The translations under genes were made by a program, and so were the position numbers. From NCBI GenBank assembly GCA_004295015.1, contig SHNE01000044.1:3998-67997 (forward strand): 64,000 nucleotides of DNA, in the 5' to 3' direction. Every line of letters starts with the position of its first letter. Position 1 is the first letter of the stretch. Origin of the DNA: Bacteroidota bacterium (GTDB taxonomy: Bacteria; Bacteroidota; Bacteroidia; AKYH767-A; 2013-40CM-41-45). Shown in pieces: positions 27,602-38,059 of the stretch. A model generated the notes under the pieces. It was not told the DNA's origin and did no database searches. It saw nothing but the letters and a program-made list of their open reading frames with translations.

Positions 27602-28542
27602 TATACATTCATACTTTCGGTCGATGCCTTTACAAACTCTACCTCCTTTCTGATTTTATTCTGGTAAGGATATTTCTTCCACCGTTTTTTCAATTTCATG
27701 GAACTCAGGTGTGCTGCATCCGGTGTCAGGAAATCTATACTTGAATGTGGCCTAACAGTATTATAGTTTAAAACATTTCTATCGATTTGCTTTTTTGCCT
27801 CTTTGTAATTTTGATAAACTCTTCTTGGGTAAAATTCATTTTTAAGTATACCATTCACGCGTTCAGCCAATGCATTCTCATATGGACTGCCACTTTGCGT
27901 CATACTAATATCAATTTCTGCCTTTTGAAGTAGTTCAATATATGCATATGAGCAATATTGGATTCCTCGGTCTGAGTGGTGAATTAGCTTAAACATTGAA
28001 GTGCATTTGCGATTCGAAATTGCCATTTCTAAAGCCTCCATACATCCATGTGCTTCTAAAGTCGGATGTAATGCATGACCAACTATCTTTCGAGAATAAA
28101 CATCAGTAATCAAGCTGAGATAGGCAAATCCTTGAAGAGTTCTTATATAGGTAATATCGCTCACCCACAACTGTTCAATTCCATTTATGACTATATCCTT
28201 GGTTAGATTTGGATACTTTTTTAACCAGTGATGTGAATCGGTTGTTTTAACCATCCTTTTACGCCTCCGAACTAATAAACCATGAAACCGAAGCAAATTA
28301 AATAACTGATCTCTCCCCATTTTAATCCCATGAATTTGCAAATGAGGATCTATAAGATGATATAACTTTCTTGTTCCTACTAGTGGAATATCATTCCGGA
28401 ATTCTTTGACAAAACCCAGCACTAATGCATTTGCAATTGTAGTTTTCTTTTCGTTTGCTTGAGTTTCATAATAAGCCTGACGGGTTACACCAAACAGTGC
28501 ACATAGTCTTTCCAGGCTAACATTTGGAAATACCTGCCTCAT
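27601..28542 (-). CDS. IS3-family transposase OrfB (DDE integrase core)
   Basis: LWVSDITYIR...HSDRGIQYCS...GSPYENALAERVNGILKNEF is the rve domain with the DDE triad context. Confidence 0.9.
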   Translation of the reverse strand: MRQVFPNVSLERLCALFGVTRQAYYETQANEKKTTIANALVLGFVKEFRNDIPLVGTRKLYHLIDPHLQIHGIKMGRDQLFNLLRFHGLLVRRRKRMVKTTDSHHWLKKYPNLTKDIVINGIEQLWVSDITYIRTLQGFAYLSLITDVYSRKIVGHALHPTLEAHGCMEALEMAISNRKCTSMFKLIHHSDRGIQYCSYAYIELLQKAEIDISMTQSGSPYENALAERVNGILKNEFYPRRVYQNYKEAKKQIDRNVLNYNTVRPHSSIDFLTPDAAHLSSMKLKKRWKKYPYQNKIRKEVEFVKASTESMNV

Positions 28543-28946
28543 TCTTTTGACTGTTTGGTACCAGGCTTTTTTCTGATTTTGATTTGCAAATCATCCTCAC
28601 TCACCTTTATTAAAGTTTCCAAACTATTTATTTTAAGTTTGGCGTGTTCAAGCGCCCGTGTTAGCTCATGAATCTTTCGCTGAAGGGCTTTAGAATCCAG
28701 GTCTTGTTGCATATGTTTTATAGACTTCTTGGACATGACGGATTCTAAGTTACGCACAGATGCTCTGGTAATCCAAAGTTTCAGCGTATTTCTACATAGG
28801 CCATACTTGAAACAAGCACCACGGATAGTGAGAATTCCGGTCTTGATTTCACCAATAATTTTTGTCATTTCTGCCTCATTTCGCCTCACATATGGGTCCT
28901 TACTGACAGGTGTAAGTCGAGGTCTTTTTTGTCTTATTTTTACCAT
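28539..28946 (-). CDS. IS3-family transposase OrfA (HTH plus leucine zipper)
   Basis: 135 aa, basic N-terminus, heptad Leu repeat. The 3' end reads CAAATCAAAATCAGAAAAAAGCC, containing A_AAA_AAG (plus strand 28567-28575). Confidence 0.85.
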   Translation of the reverse strand: MVKIRQKRPRLTPVSKDPYVRRNEAEMTKIIGEIKTGILTIRGACFKYGLCRNTLKLWITRASVRNLESVMSKKSIKHMQQDLDSKALQRKIHELTRALEHAKLKINSLETLIKVSEDDLQIKIRKKPGTKQSKE

Positions 28947-29191
28947 TCTGAAAGCTTTTGTGTAAAGCTATTTCAGGACAAGACACAGTTTAAAATGAAA
29001 CTAGGGGGTCAATTTGTCTGAAATCTCCAGTTTTAGGCATTTCTTTCGCCGAAACTTATTTTTCCTATGAATTCTTGTATGATTATGCCAGCCATAACAA
29101 TCTATTCATCTTTCTTACGTTTAAGAATCTTATTAACTTTGTAATTGTTGTGGCACTCAACAGTCGGTGTTTTATTAATAAAAAGATAAGT

Positions 29192-30097
29192 ATGTATAAA
29201 ATCTTAGTTTTGTTTTTTTTGAGTTTTAGCTGGACATTTTCCGGTTGCGCATCTGAATGGAATAATACAACTACAAGCAAAGCCGGCGGATACGATCTAA
29301 ACAAGCCGATCCAAACATTTATTCTACCTGATACACTTCATGAAGTTTCCGGTCTCACAGATATAGATAAAACAACCTTTGCCTGCATTCAGGATGAGAA
29401 TGGTATTCTCTTCATATATGATTTTTCAAAGAATGAAATACAAAAACAATATTCTTTTCATATCGACGGGGATTATGAAGGGATAACACGTGTAGGAAGT
29501 ACGATGTATATACTTCGAAGCGATGGAGTGATTTTTGAAATACTGAATTTTGAATCCGCCAATTTTTCAATCGTTTCCTATAATACAGGCATTCCTGCTA
29601 ATAACAATGAAGGTCTATGTTATGATCCTGATAACTCAAGACTATTAATTGCAGCCAAGGGAAAAGTCGGCAAAGGCAAAGAGTTTAAGGATAAGAGAGT
29701 GATATATGGATTCGATTTGAACACAAAAAAATTGACTACCGATCCTGTATTTGATTTCGATCTTCAGGCTATTAGGGAGTTTGCTCTGACTCGTAAATTT
29801 GAGTTCCCGACAAAATCAAATAAGAAAGGAGTTGTGAAAGATCCTAATATTAAGTTCATGACTTCTGCAATTGCGATCCACCCTGTTTCGAAAAAGCTCT
29901 ATCTCTTATCAGCAGCAGATCATTTGTTTTTCATTTTTGGTAGCGATGGAACACTTGAACACATGGAACTTCTCAATCCGGAAATATTTAATAAAGCTGA
30001 GGGTATAACTTTCCTGGATAACCATGATATGTTGATCACAAATGAGGGTCAGAATAGAAGGCCAACTTTGTTACGATTCAGTTATCAGGCAAATTGA
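29192..30097 (+). CDS. Lipoprotein of the SdiA-regulated/YjiK-like beta-propeller family
   Basis: Lipoprotein signal (MYKILVLFFLSFSWTFSGC). An LHEVSGLT motif and repeated blade-like segments. The track start at 29075 is an upstream extension. Confidence 0.5.
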   Translation: MYKILVLFFLSFSWTFSGCASEWNNTTTSKAGGYDLNKPIQTFILPDTLHEVSGLTDIDKTTFACIQDENGILFIYDFSKNEIQKQYSFHIDGDYEGITRVGSTMYILRSDGVIFEILNFESANFSIVSYNTGIPANNNEGLCYDPDNSRLLIAAKGKVGKGKEFKDKRVIYGFDLNTKKLTTDPVFDFDLQAIREFALTRKFEFPTKSNKKGVVKDPNIKFMTSAIAIHPVSKKLYLLSAADHLFFIFGSDGTLEHMELLNPEIFNKAEGITFLDNHDMLITNEGQNRRPTLLRFSYQAN

Positions 30098-30274
30098 TTT
30101 CCACACAAAGGCAATTGCCGGATAGACTTTTTCTGGGTTGTTTTTGGATTGTTTTTTCTTAGGATGATAGCTTGATTCGGAGCTACCTGATCCATGCATA
30201 AATGAAGTTAGAATTATATACAATTTAAAATCAAGTAATTATCTCGTTTTCTCATTGAAAATTGCAAAATTATT

Positions 30275-30320
30275 TGTGTAACCATTTGATTACACATATA
30301 TTTGTAACCGATTAGTTACA
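30275..30320. promoter_or_regulatory. Two palindromic operator-like sites with TGTAAC/GTTACA half-sites immediately upstream of the ArsR-family gene
   Basis: TGTGTAACCATTTGATTACACA (30275-30296, 9 of 10 paired positions) and TGTAAC-cgatta-GTTACA (30303-30320). The ATG is at 30337. Confidence 0.4.
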
Positions 30321-30336
30321 TAAATTATCTGACTCA

Positions 30337-30669
30337 ATGAGAAGAGATGTGTTTCAAGCAATAGCCGATCCGACGAGAAGAGAAATTATCAATCTCCTGG
30401 CAAGTGAATCAATGAATCTAAATGCCCTTGCAGATAATTTTAATATTAGCCGGCCGGCCGTATCCAAGCACATTAAAATTTTAACTGAATGCGGTTTGGT
30501 GTCTATTAACCAACAGGGGAGGGAAAGATATTGTGAAGCCAAACTAGATTCGCTAAATGAAGTTGCAGATTGGGTAGAACAGTACAAAAAGATATGGGTC
30601 AAACGTTTTGAGATGCTCGACAAATTCCTTCTTGATACTCAAAAGAAATCAAAAAAGATAAGGCGATAG
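30337..30669 (+). CDS. ArsR/SmtB-family transcriptional regulator
   Basis: IADPTRREIINLLASESMNLNALADNFNISRPAVSKHIKILTECGLV is the winged-HTH ArsR signature. Confidence 0.85.
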   Translation: MRRDVFQAIADPTRREIINLLASESMNLNALADNFNISRPAVSKHIKILTECGLVSINQQGRERYCEAKLDSLNEVADWVEQYKKIWVKRFEMLDKFLLDTQKKSKKIRR

Positions 30670-30776
30670 GGAACTCTTGATTATTGATGCATTGTGTAGT
30701 TGCAATTGAGAGACAAGAGTAGGTAAAATGCCTATCCTAATAAATGTATATTAATCTTCAATCAAAATCACATTCG

Positions 30777-31271
30777 ATGAAAATGAATTTGGCAATGGAC
30801 TTTTTAGTCGACAAAGAAAGCAACAGCATTACAATTAAGCGTGAATTCGCTGCGCCCTTGCAAACCGTATGGGAAGCATTTACGAAAAGTGAAATTTTGG
30901 ATCAATGGTGGGCACCCGCACCCTGGAAGGCTCAAACGAAAAAAATGGATTTCCGTGAAGGTGGTCAATGGCAGTATGCCATGCTTGGGCCGGAAGGAGA
31001 AGTTCATTGGGCTTTAGCTCAATTTACGAAAATTATTCCTCTGGTAAGCTACTCCGGTCTGGATGCCTTTTCCGATGCTGAAGGAAATATAAACAAGGAA
31101 ATGCCGCAATCCCAATGGGATGTTTCATTTAGCAAAAGCGAGAATAAAACATTGGTGTTTTTCAGGATAAGCTATAATGATTTGGCTCAATTGGAAGCAA
31201 CCATTCAGATGGGCTTTAAAGAAGGTATTACTATAGCTATGGAAGGCCTCGATGCCTTGTTAGCTAAATAA
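30777..31271 (+). CDS. SRPBCC-fold protein (AHSA1 / activator of Hsp90 ATPase homolog-like), typically paired with ArsR
   Basis: ITIKREFAAPLQTVWEAFTKSEILDQWWAP matches the AHSA1-family N-terminus. The start at 30777 (MKMNL) is preferred over 30744. Confidence 0.65.
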   Translation: MKMNLAMDFLVDKESNSITIKREFAAPLQTVWEAFTKSEILDQWWAPAPWKAQTKKMDFREGGQWQYAMLGPEGEVHWALAQFTKIIPLVSYSGLDAFSDAEGNINKEMPQSQWDVSFSKSENKTLVFFRISYNDLAQLEATIQMGFKEGITIAMEGLDALLAK

Positions 31272-31317
31272 TTTCTGATTTTAGTCATATGCATGTTATC
31301 CTCACAGAGTTATTTTT

Positions 31318-31665
31318 GTGGGATATATGTCGAAGCTCGTCGTAATTAAAATCGTTCATACTTCAATCTGGATATTTTTCAATGTCGTAATCTTTTACCT
31401 GCTTTATGCTGTATTGACAAATAACATAGGCGTTTTTGTATGGCTTGGCATTGCAGCAGTTCTGGTTGAGGGATTAGTTTTATTGATTTTTAAGGCAAAG
31501 TGTCCACTCACTATCGTGGCCAGAAAATATTCTGATTCTACCAAAGAGAATTTTGATATTTATTTGCCTAATTGGTTGGCTAAATATAACAAGTTAATAT
31601 ACACGAGCATTTTTTGCGTAGTATTGCTTATACTTGTTTTTAGAATTTCAGGTTTATGGAAATAG
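31318..31665 (+). CDS. Small membrane protein, hypothetical
   Basis: 115 aa with three or four transmembrane helices. Confidence 0.4.
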   Translation: MGYMSKLVVIKIVHTSIWIFFNVVIFYLLYAVLTNNIGVFVWLGIAAVLVEGLVLLIFKAKCPLTIVARKYSDSTKENFDIYLPNWLAKYNKLIYTSIFCVVLLILVFRISGLWK

Positions 31666-31719
31666 TGACCTGAAATCCATATGCTCCTCCTCATTCGCCA
31701 TTAACTGTAAGTTTGCTTT

Positions 31720-32478
31720 ATGAAAATTCAAACATTCATCCGGATGATTTTTTCAAGAAAATGTACTCCGACTATCGTATTATTTTTAGCCCTTAGTAAT
31801 CCATTCAATGCATTGCATGCTCAGATGGTAAAGATTATTTCCTCCTCTGATCTCAATAATTTGCCGGCAAGCGATCTGTTCACTTTTCTCGAACCATCTT
31901 TGGATACAGCTACGTTTGTCTTTGTAGCAAGTATTCAGGCAAAGGACCGTGACAGGAAGGAAATAATTGAAAGCATGTATTTTGCAATTCGTGAACAAGC
32001 AATTAAGCTTGGTGCAAATAGCTTCAGACTAAATTCCTTTACCAGAGACACGTTGGATTCTGAAGCATTTCTTGTGCTGGACTGCTATTTTGCAACTGAT
32101 GAAATATTAAACATAAACAGATCTTTGCGGGAGGTTAATGCAGTATTTCTTTTTGGAGAAGAAAGAAAAGATTCCAAAAGTATGAAAGTGGACGTGAACA
32201 AGGAGGAGAAGGAGATAAAGGCCGGTACTTACCTGAAATATGTCCTCAATGAGAATGAAGAACTACTTTTAAGCAAAGGCGGTGTAACAGGCAGTAGTTT
32301 GCTTTTGAAAGGAGAAAAGGAAACTAAATCCACTTTTTATTCTTTGTCAGGATTCGGCTTAGGTGAATTATCCAGGCAGCCCGCGAATGGAATTTCGTTT
32401 AATTCAGGAAGGATAAATAAAATTTCTAATATGAGTCTTGGTTTATTAATGGTAGAGTTGCTTCAACAAGGAAATTAA
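31720..32478 (+). CDS. Secreted hypothetical protein
   Basis: Signal peptide (LFLALSNPFNALHAQ). No motif recognised. Confidence 0.45.
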   Translation: MKIQTFIRMIFSRKCTPTIVLFLALSNPFNALHAQMVKIISSSDLNNLPASDLFTFLEPSLDTATFVFVASIQAKDRDRKEIIESMYFAIREQAIKLGANSFRLNSFTRDTLDSEAFLVLDCYFATDEILNINRSLREVNAVFLFGEERKDSKSMKVDVNKEEKEIKAGTYLKYVLNENEELLLSKGGVTGSSLLLKGEKETKSTFYSLSGFGLGELSRQPANGISFNSGRINKISNMSLGLLMVELLQQGN

Positions 32479-32537
32479 TCTCTGAAGATTGCCGGTGAAT
32501 TTGTATCTTTAACCTTCAAAATTTCAAAAAGAAGATT

Positions 32538-32909
32538 ATGAAACTAGGTGCATTTTCAATCAGTCTTAACGTGAAAGACCTTCAAATTTCGAAAACATTT
32601 TACGAGAATCTTGGGTTTGCCGTTTTTGCCGGTGATTTAAAAATGAATTACCTGATTATGAAAAATGGAAATGCCCTCATCGGACTTTTTCATGGAATGT
32701 TTGAGAAAAACATCCTAACCTTTAATCCTGGATGGGATGAGAATGCAAAGATGCTTGATACATTTGATGATGTCAGAACAATCCAAAAGGAACTTAAAGC
32801 CAAAGGTATTAAGATTGAGACAGAAGCAGATGAGAAAAACTCCGGTCCGGCCAGTTTGGTGTTGATGGATCCGGATGGGAATATGATTCTGTTTGATCAG
32901 CATGTTTAA
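32538..32909 (+). CDS. VOC-family (glyoxalase-like) protein
   Basis: [30 protein letters not shown] is the glyoxalase fold N-terminus. Confidence 0.6.
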   Translation: MKLGAFSISLNVKDLQISKTFYENLGFAVFAGDLKMNYLIMKNGNALIGLFHGMFEKNILTFNPGWDENAKMLDTFDDVRTIQKELKAKGIKIETEADEKNSGPASLVLMDPDGNMILFDQHV

Positions 32910-32960
32910 GTGTTGTTCTTTATAATTTCTACTTACATTAACTACAAATAAAATTTTATT

Positions 32961-33506
32961 ATGATGAATACCTTTAACCCATGGCATCATGTTTCTCCCG
33001 GATCAAAACTGCCTGGTATTGTTAATGGAATTATCGAAATTCCAAAAGGTTCGAGAGCTAAATATGAATTAGACAAGGAAAGCGGTTTATTAAAGTTGGA
33101 TCGGGTATTGTATTCATCTGTTTATTATCCTGCCAATTATGGATTTATTCCGCAAACCTACTGCGAGGACCGGGATCCTTTGGATATTCTTGTTCTTGCT
33201 CAGATTGAAGTGGTTCCTCTTTGTCTGGTTTCTGCAAAAGTAATTGGTGTCATGAGGATGCTTGATAATGGTGATGCCGATGATAAGATTATTGCTGTAG
33301 CAGCGGCTGATCCCAGCGTCAACCACATAAATGATATTTCTGAACTTCCGGCTTATGCTTTATCTGAAATACGTAATTTCTTCGAAGAGTATACAAAACT
33401 GGAACAGAAGACAGTCATCGTAAGAGATTTTATGGACAGGAAAACAGCCATCGAAATATTACAGGCAAGTTTTATTTTGTATGATGAAAAGATTAGAAAA
33501 CCTTAG
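32961..33506 (+). CDS. ppa: Inorganic pyrophosphatase (family I)
   Basis: [56 protein letters not shown] is a near-canonical PPase active-site region. Confidence 0.9.
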   Translation: MMNTFNPWHHVSPGSKLPGIVNGIIEIPKGSRAKYELDKESGLLKLDRVLYSSVYYPANYGFIPQTYCEDRDPLDILVLAQIEVVPLCLVSAKVIGVMRMLDNGDADDKIIAVAAADPSVNHINDISELPAYALSEIRNFFEEYTKLEQKTVIVRDFMDRKTAIEILQASFILYDEKIRKP

Positions 33507-33640
33507 AAGGTGATCTAAAGCTCTTCTTTGAAGGGGAATATCCATTACAATCTTAATTTTTATTGATATTGTACAGTTTTTTTGAGTGCAAAAAATTACC
33601 TAGCTTTCTGCATTGATAGAACTATTTTTTCTATACCTCT

Positions 33641-35179
33641 ATGCTAAAATCCCTGAAAAAATATTATGATGAGAAGCCATTGGCTGTTATAATTTTTGCA
33701 GCTGCTTTTTTTAGATTACTGGCAGCCATATTTTCAAAGGGCTATGGAATGCACGATGATCATTTTTTAGTCATCGAAGCAGCCCAAAGTTGGGTGGATG
33801 GAGCAGACTATAATGATTGGTTGCCATCTGCAAACAATCCTGATATTAAAGCTTCCGGACATAGTCTCTTTTATCCCGGATTACACTATTTGTTATTTAG
33901 CGTTTTAGAGTTCTTTGGGATGTTCAATCCTCAGGCGAAAATGTTTGTCGTTCGTCTCCTGCATGGAATGTCCTCTTTACTAATTGTTTACTTTGGATTT
34001 AAGCTTGCTCTCCTTGAAGCCGGTTTGAAAGCTGCCAAAATTAGTGGGGGATTATTGGCTATTTTATTTTTCATGCCGATGATGAGTGTGCGTAATCTTG
34101 TTGAGTACACCTGCATACTTCCCTTATTGCTGGCAACCTGGTTAGTAATGAAGAATTCTGAAAGCAAGAAAGTTCTTCCATTTATTTTAGCCGGTGTTTT
34201 GCTGAGTGTGGCCTTCAGTATACGTTTCCAAACGGCACTTTTCGTTGGTGGATTTATGTTGGCTCTGTTAATTCAAAAGCAGTGGCGAATCTTTTTTTAT
34301 ACCGGCATTGGGTCTGTAATCGGTTTGCTTGTCATCCAGGCCGCTACTGATATTCTCATTTGGGGAAAGCCATTCGTAGAACTAGAAGAGTATGTTCGAT
34401 ATAACATTGAGAATGCAGAAACATATTTAACGCAACGCTGGTACACCTATCTACTATTAATAAGCGGAATTTTAATTCCTCCTATTAGTTTGTTTCTTGT
34501 TTTTGGATTTTTACGTAGTTGGAAGCAATACCTGCTGATATTTTTGCCTGTATTTATTTTCTTTGCATTTCATTCTGCATTTCCAAATAAACAAGAAAGG
34601 TTTATTCTTCCTGTAATTCAATTCATTATAATTTTAGGTAGCATTGGGTGGGTCAGGTTTATGGAACAATCGGCATTCTGGAAAAAGAATTACAAACTGT
34701 ATCGAGCCTCCTGGATTTTCTTTTTTGCCTTAAATACAATCCCTCTGTTTTTCGTTTCTGTTGCTTATTCTCATAGGAACAGAGTAGAGTCAATGACATG
34801 GCTATCTGCGAAACCGGATTTGAACAATGTTCTTATTGAAGAATCAATTCATGATGACTATACTCTGCCACCCCGCTTTTATCTTCGAAAGTGGAAGAGT
34901 GATTACTTTGTTACTAAAATATTTACAGTTGATTCCTTGGCTGAACGATTAAGAAATTCACCTCCTGAATTAGTTCCTGATTATGTCGTGTTTAATCTTC
35001 CCGACGATATTGATAGAAGAGTCGATGAGTTGAAGAAGATTTTTCCTGAGATGACTTACGAAACAACAATTGAACCAGGTTTTATTGATAAGGTAATGAC
35101 ATTCCTTAACAAACACAATGCGAACTTCACCAGCTATATTTATAAACTTGGAGAGCCCCGACTTATAAAGAGTAATTGA
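33641..35179 (+). CDS. Polytopic GT-C-type membrane glycosyltransferase (ArnT/PMT/GT39-like)
   Basis: 512 aa with at least 10 transmembrane helices. An acidic motif (HDDHF) in the first periplasmic loop. A soluble C-terminal domain. Confidence 0.45.
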   Translation: MLKSLKKYYDEKPLAVIIFAAAFFRLLAAIFSKGYGMHDDHFLVIEAAQSWVDGADYNDWLPSANNPDIKASGHSLFYPGLHYLLFSVLEFFGMFNPQAKMFVVRLLHGMSSLLIVYFGFKLALLEAGLKAAKISGGLLAILFFMPMMSVRNLVEYTCILPLLLATWLVMKNSESKKVLPFILAGVLLSVAFSIRFQTALFVGGFMLALLIQKQWRIFFYTGIGSVIGLLVIQAATDILIWGKPFVELEEYVRYNIENAETYLTQRWYTYLLLISGILIPPISLFLVFGFLRSWKQYLLIFLPVFIFFAFHSAFPNKQERFILPVIQFIIILGSIGWVRFMEQSAFWKKNYKLYRASWIFFFALNTIPLFFVSVAYSHRNRVESMTWLSAKPDLNNVLIEESIHDDYTLPPRFYLRKWKSDYFVTKIFTVDSLAERLRNSPPELVPDYVVFNLPDDIDRRVDELKKIFPEMTYETTIEPGFIDKVMTFLNKHNANFTSYIYKLGEPRLIKSN

Positions 35180-35283
35180 ATTTGAATTGCAATATTGAAA
35201 CTATTATCTAAGGGAGAAGACCGTAAAATATTCTCTACCCTCTGTCAAACTTTTTTTTATATCTAAAAGGTAACAACGTATTC

Positions 35284-36237
35284 ATGGAAAATGCCAGAAA
35301 TGTGGAATTGCGCTACAAGTTCAATTCCATTACCCAATGCAATATGTGTTCTTCCAATCCTGATCAGCACAAATTATTGGGAAAGCGATTGAATAAATCA
35401 CAGGGAAGAAGCCCTCGGAAACGGATTGGAATCACTACGACTATTTGTAAGTGTAAAAATTGCGGTTTGATATTTTCTAATCCTCAACCAATTCCATATG
35501 ATCTCCAGGATCACTACGGAGTAGCGCCCGACGATTACTGGAATGAGGAATATTTTCAAGTGGATGAAAATTATTTTCAAGGGGTTGTGAGAGTGGTGAA
35601 AGAACTGATAGAACTTAAGCCTGGAATGAAGTCGCTCGACATAGGAGCCGGAATCGGGAAGGCAATGATTGTTCTTTCCGGAATAGGTTTTGATGCTTAT
35701 GGTTTTGAGGCATCCGCTTCCTTTTACGAAAAGGCTATAAGTCAAATGGGGATCAACCCTGAGAAGTTAAAGCTGGGTATGATCGAAGAGCTGGAGTATC
35801 CGGAAAATTATTTTGATTTTATAACCTTCGGCGCTGTTTTAGAACACTTGTACGATCCATCTGATTCAATTATCAGAGCAATGAATTGGTTAAAGCCAAA
35901 CGGTATCATGCATATTGAGGTACCATCATCTGATTGGCTGGTCAATAAAATGATCAATTTATACTATTGGCTGGGAAGGACAGATTATGTAGGAAATTTG
36001 TCTCCAATGCATGCTCCATTTCACTTGTATGAGTTTGGCCTCAAGTCTTTTCAGGAACATGCAAAGACAAATAACTATGAGATAGCCTTTCATGACTATT
36101 ATGTTTGTCCAACTCATATGCCAAAAATTCTTGACCACTTTATCAAACCCTATATGAAGTGGACTAACACCGGGATGCAGTTGTGTGTTTGGTTGAGAAA
36201 GAAAGACCTTAAACTTCGTGATGAAATAACATTATGA
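35284..36237 (+). CDS. Class I SAM-dependent methyltransferase with an N-terminal Cys4 zinc-ribbon
   Basis: CNMCSS...CKCKNCG, then motif I (LDIGAGIGKAM) and motif post-I/II (FDFITFGAVLEHLYDP). Confidence 0.7.
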   Translation: MENARNVELRYKFNSITQCNMCSSNPDQHKLLGKRLNKSQGRSPRKRIGITTTICKCKNCGLIFSNPQPIPYDLQDHYGVAPDDYWNEEYFQVDENYFQGVVRVVKELIELKPGMKSLDIGAGIGKAMIVLSGIGFDAYGFEASASFYEKAISQMGINPEKLKLGMIEELEYPENYFDFITFGAVLEHLYDPSDSIIRAMNWLKPNGIMHIEVPSSDWLVNKMINLYYWLGRTDYVGNLSPMHAPFHLYEFGLKSFQEHAKTNNYEIAFHDYYVCPTHMPKILDHFIKPYMKWTNTGMQLCVWLRKKDLKLRDEITL

Positions 36238-36766
36238 TGAATATTTAGTCCTTGGCCGTCACTTTGTCGAAGAGAGGCGAACGAATTGAGAATTAATTTG
36301 GAATGCTTATTTAGATTTGAACAATTTGTTAATGGCTTATTTTTTTACATTGGAATTTTCCAGGCTAATTTAAATGCAAGGCTAAGAATCAATTTTGTCG
36401 GACTTGCACTTTAGTTGTGTCTTCGGAAAAGAAGGAGATACGGTAATAAAAGATTTTTATTTAGTAAAGCGAACTAATTTGATTTAAGAAAAAGGGTAAA
36501 AGTTGCGTGATATATTTTCAATTCAATTCCGTTCAGAAATTAAGCTAAGAACAGTTGTAAAGCTTTTTTCTCAGACAGGAATCACCACTGTTTAAATTAA
36601 TCATTTTTCAATCCTAAAAGTTTGATTTTTGCATTTGAGTGATTTTCCTTTTTTCTGATTTATAATTGTAAGTCTGCTGATTATTTTTATCTTTGACAGA
36701 ACCTCATTCGATGAACGAGTATGCAGCAGGCATTAAGAGGGTAGAAACATAATTAAAAAAAATAGA

Positions 36767-37612
36767 ATGGCAACCAACGATTTAGACGAAATTATTTTTA
36801 AATTAACGAAAGGTCCCTGGAGAAAATATTTTTTCTTGGCTATCATATTCATTTTATTTTTAATGATCAAGCCTTGGGTTCAAATTGGAGCGGGCGAGAG
36901 GGGTATCGTTTTAAATTTTGGAGCGGTTCAAGACAAGGTATTGGATGAGGGGATGCATTTCAGAGTACCTATAATGCAAGAGGTAGTAATAATGGATGTG
37001 AAGATTCACAAAGTTGTGACTGATGCTGCTTCAGCTTCTTCAGATCTGCAAGATGTTGCTTTGTCAGTTGCATTGAATTACCATATCATTCCTGATAAAG
37101 CAAATATTGTTTATCAGTCAATTGGTGTAGAGTTCAAAGAGCGGATAATCGATCCTGCTATTCAGGAAGTAATGAAGGCTGTTTCTGCACGTTATTCTGC
37201 CGAAGAACTTATTACGAAACGTCCTGCAGTGAGTGCTGAAATGCAGGAGGCTCTGAAAGCAAGACTTCTTATGAATAATATTGCTGTTGATGCCTTTTCT
37301 ATAGTCTCTTTTAATTTCTCAAAGATATTCACGGATGCCATCGAAGCTAAACAGACTGCAGAGCAAAATGCCCTGAAAGCAAAGCGCGATTTGGATAGAA
37401 TCAAAGTGGAAGCAGAGCAAACAATTGCAGCGGCTACTGCAGAAGCAGAAGCTCTGCGACTTCAAAAAATGAATATTTCTCCTGACTTAATTGAGCTGCG
37501 CAAAATTGAAGCTAATTTAAAGGCCATTGAAAAATGGAATGGGGTCCTTCCTGAAGTAACAGGTGCAGGGGCCGTTCCTTTTATTGGTGTGGGAGATTCG
37601 AAGATGAAATAA
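36767..37612 (+). CDS. SPFH/band-7 (prohibitin/HflC-like) membrane protein
   Basis: N-terminal transmembrane helix, a band-7 core (RGIVLNFGAVQDKVLDEGMHFRVP) and a C-terminal coiled coil. Confidence 0.8.
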   Translation: MATNDLDEIIFKLTKGPWRKYFFLAIIFILFLMIKPWVQIGAGERGIVLNFGAVQDKVLDEGMHFRVPIMQEVVIMDVKIHKVVTDAASASSDLQDVALSVALNYHIIPDKANIVYQSIGVEFKERIIDPAIQEVMKAVSARYSAEELITKRPAVSAEMQEALKARLLMNNIAVDAFSIVSFNFSKIFTDAIEAKQTAEQNALKAKRDLDRIKVEAEQTIAAATAEAEALRLQKMNISPDLIELRKIEANLKAIEKWNGVLPEVTGAGAVPFIGVGDSKMK

Positions 37613-38059
37613 GACCAACATTTTCAATTAGTGAGAAGCAGGCCGGACGAAAGTTACAGGTGTTACAATAGCCTGTGCTTTCCTTTGGCTTTTTGCATTC
37701 TTCAGAAATTTGACCATGTATAAAACTGTCGAAAGCCTCATAAACATATAGCTAACTATTTATTGATTCATTCAGTTTCTCCCTTGTTGTTAAAGAAATC
37801 AAATTCCAAAAAGTATTTCAAGCTTACTATTTAGAAGTATTCTGGTAAAACTGGAAGCATTAGAGGCAAGAATCCAGTGCACCTTTAACGGTTTCCGGAG
37901 GCAATTGTGAATTTTACTCACATTTAACTTGTGATTCAATGCCTAATAGTTTGTTTTTAATTTGTAGATGAACCATGTCATGAAACCTGAATTTACTTTT
38001 CCTATTTTTGTCTTCTAAAACATTTCTCTTCAGCCAAAGGTGAAATTGGAACCGCAAAT

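Larger units (their letters stand above)
27594..29090 (-). mobile_element. IS3-family insertion sequence (orfA plus orfB with a -1 frameshift site). Boundaries are approximate.
   Basis: Two overlapping ORFs with HTH/leucine-zipper and DDE integrase (rve) features. The slippery heptamer A_AAA_AAG sits in the overlap. Imperfect terminal inverted repeats (TG...ATACA..TTCATA at about 27594-27616 against the reverse complement of about 29065-29090). Confidence 0.75.

Noticed and set aside
27480-29100. Exact IS3 boundaries and a target-site duplication
   Set aside because: I found only imperfect inverted repeats (TG..ATACA..TTCATA) with an indel and no matching 3-4-bp flanking duplication. The boundaries are therefore reported as approximate rather than as defined features.
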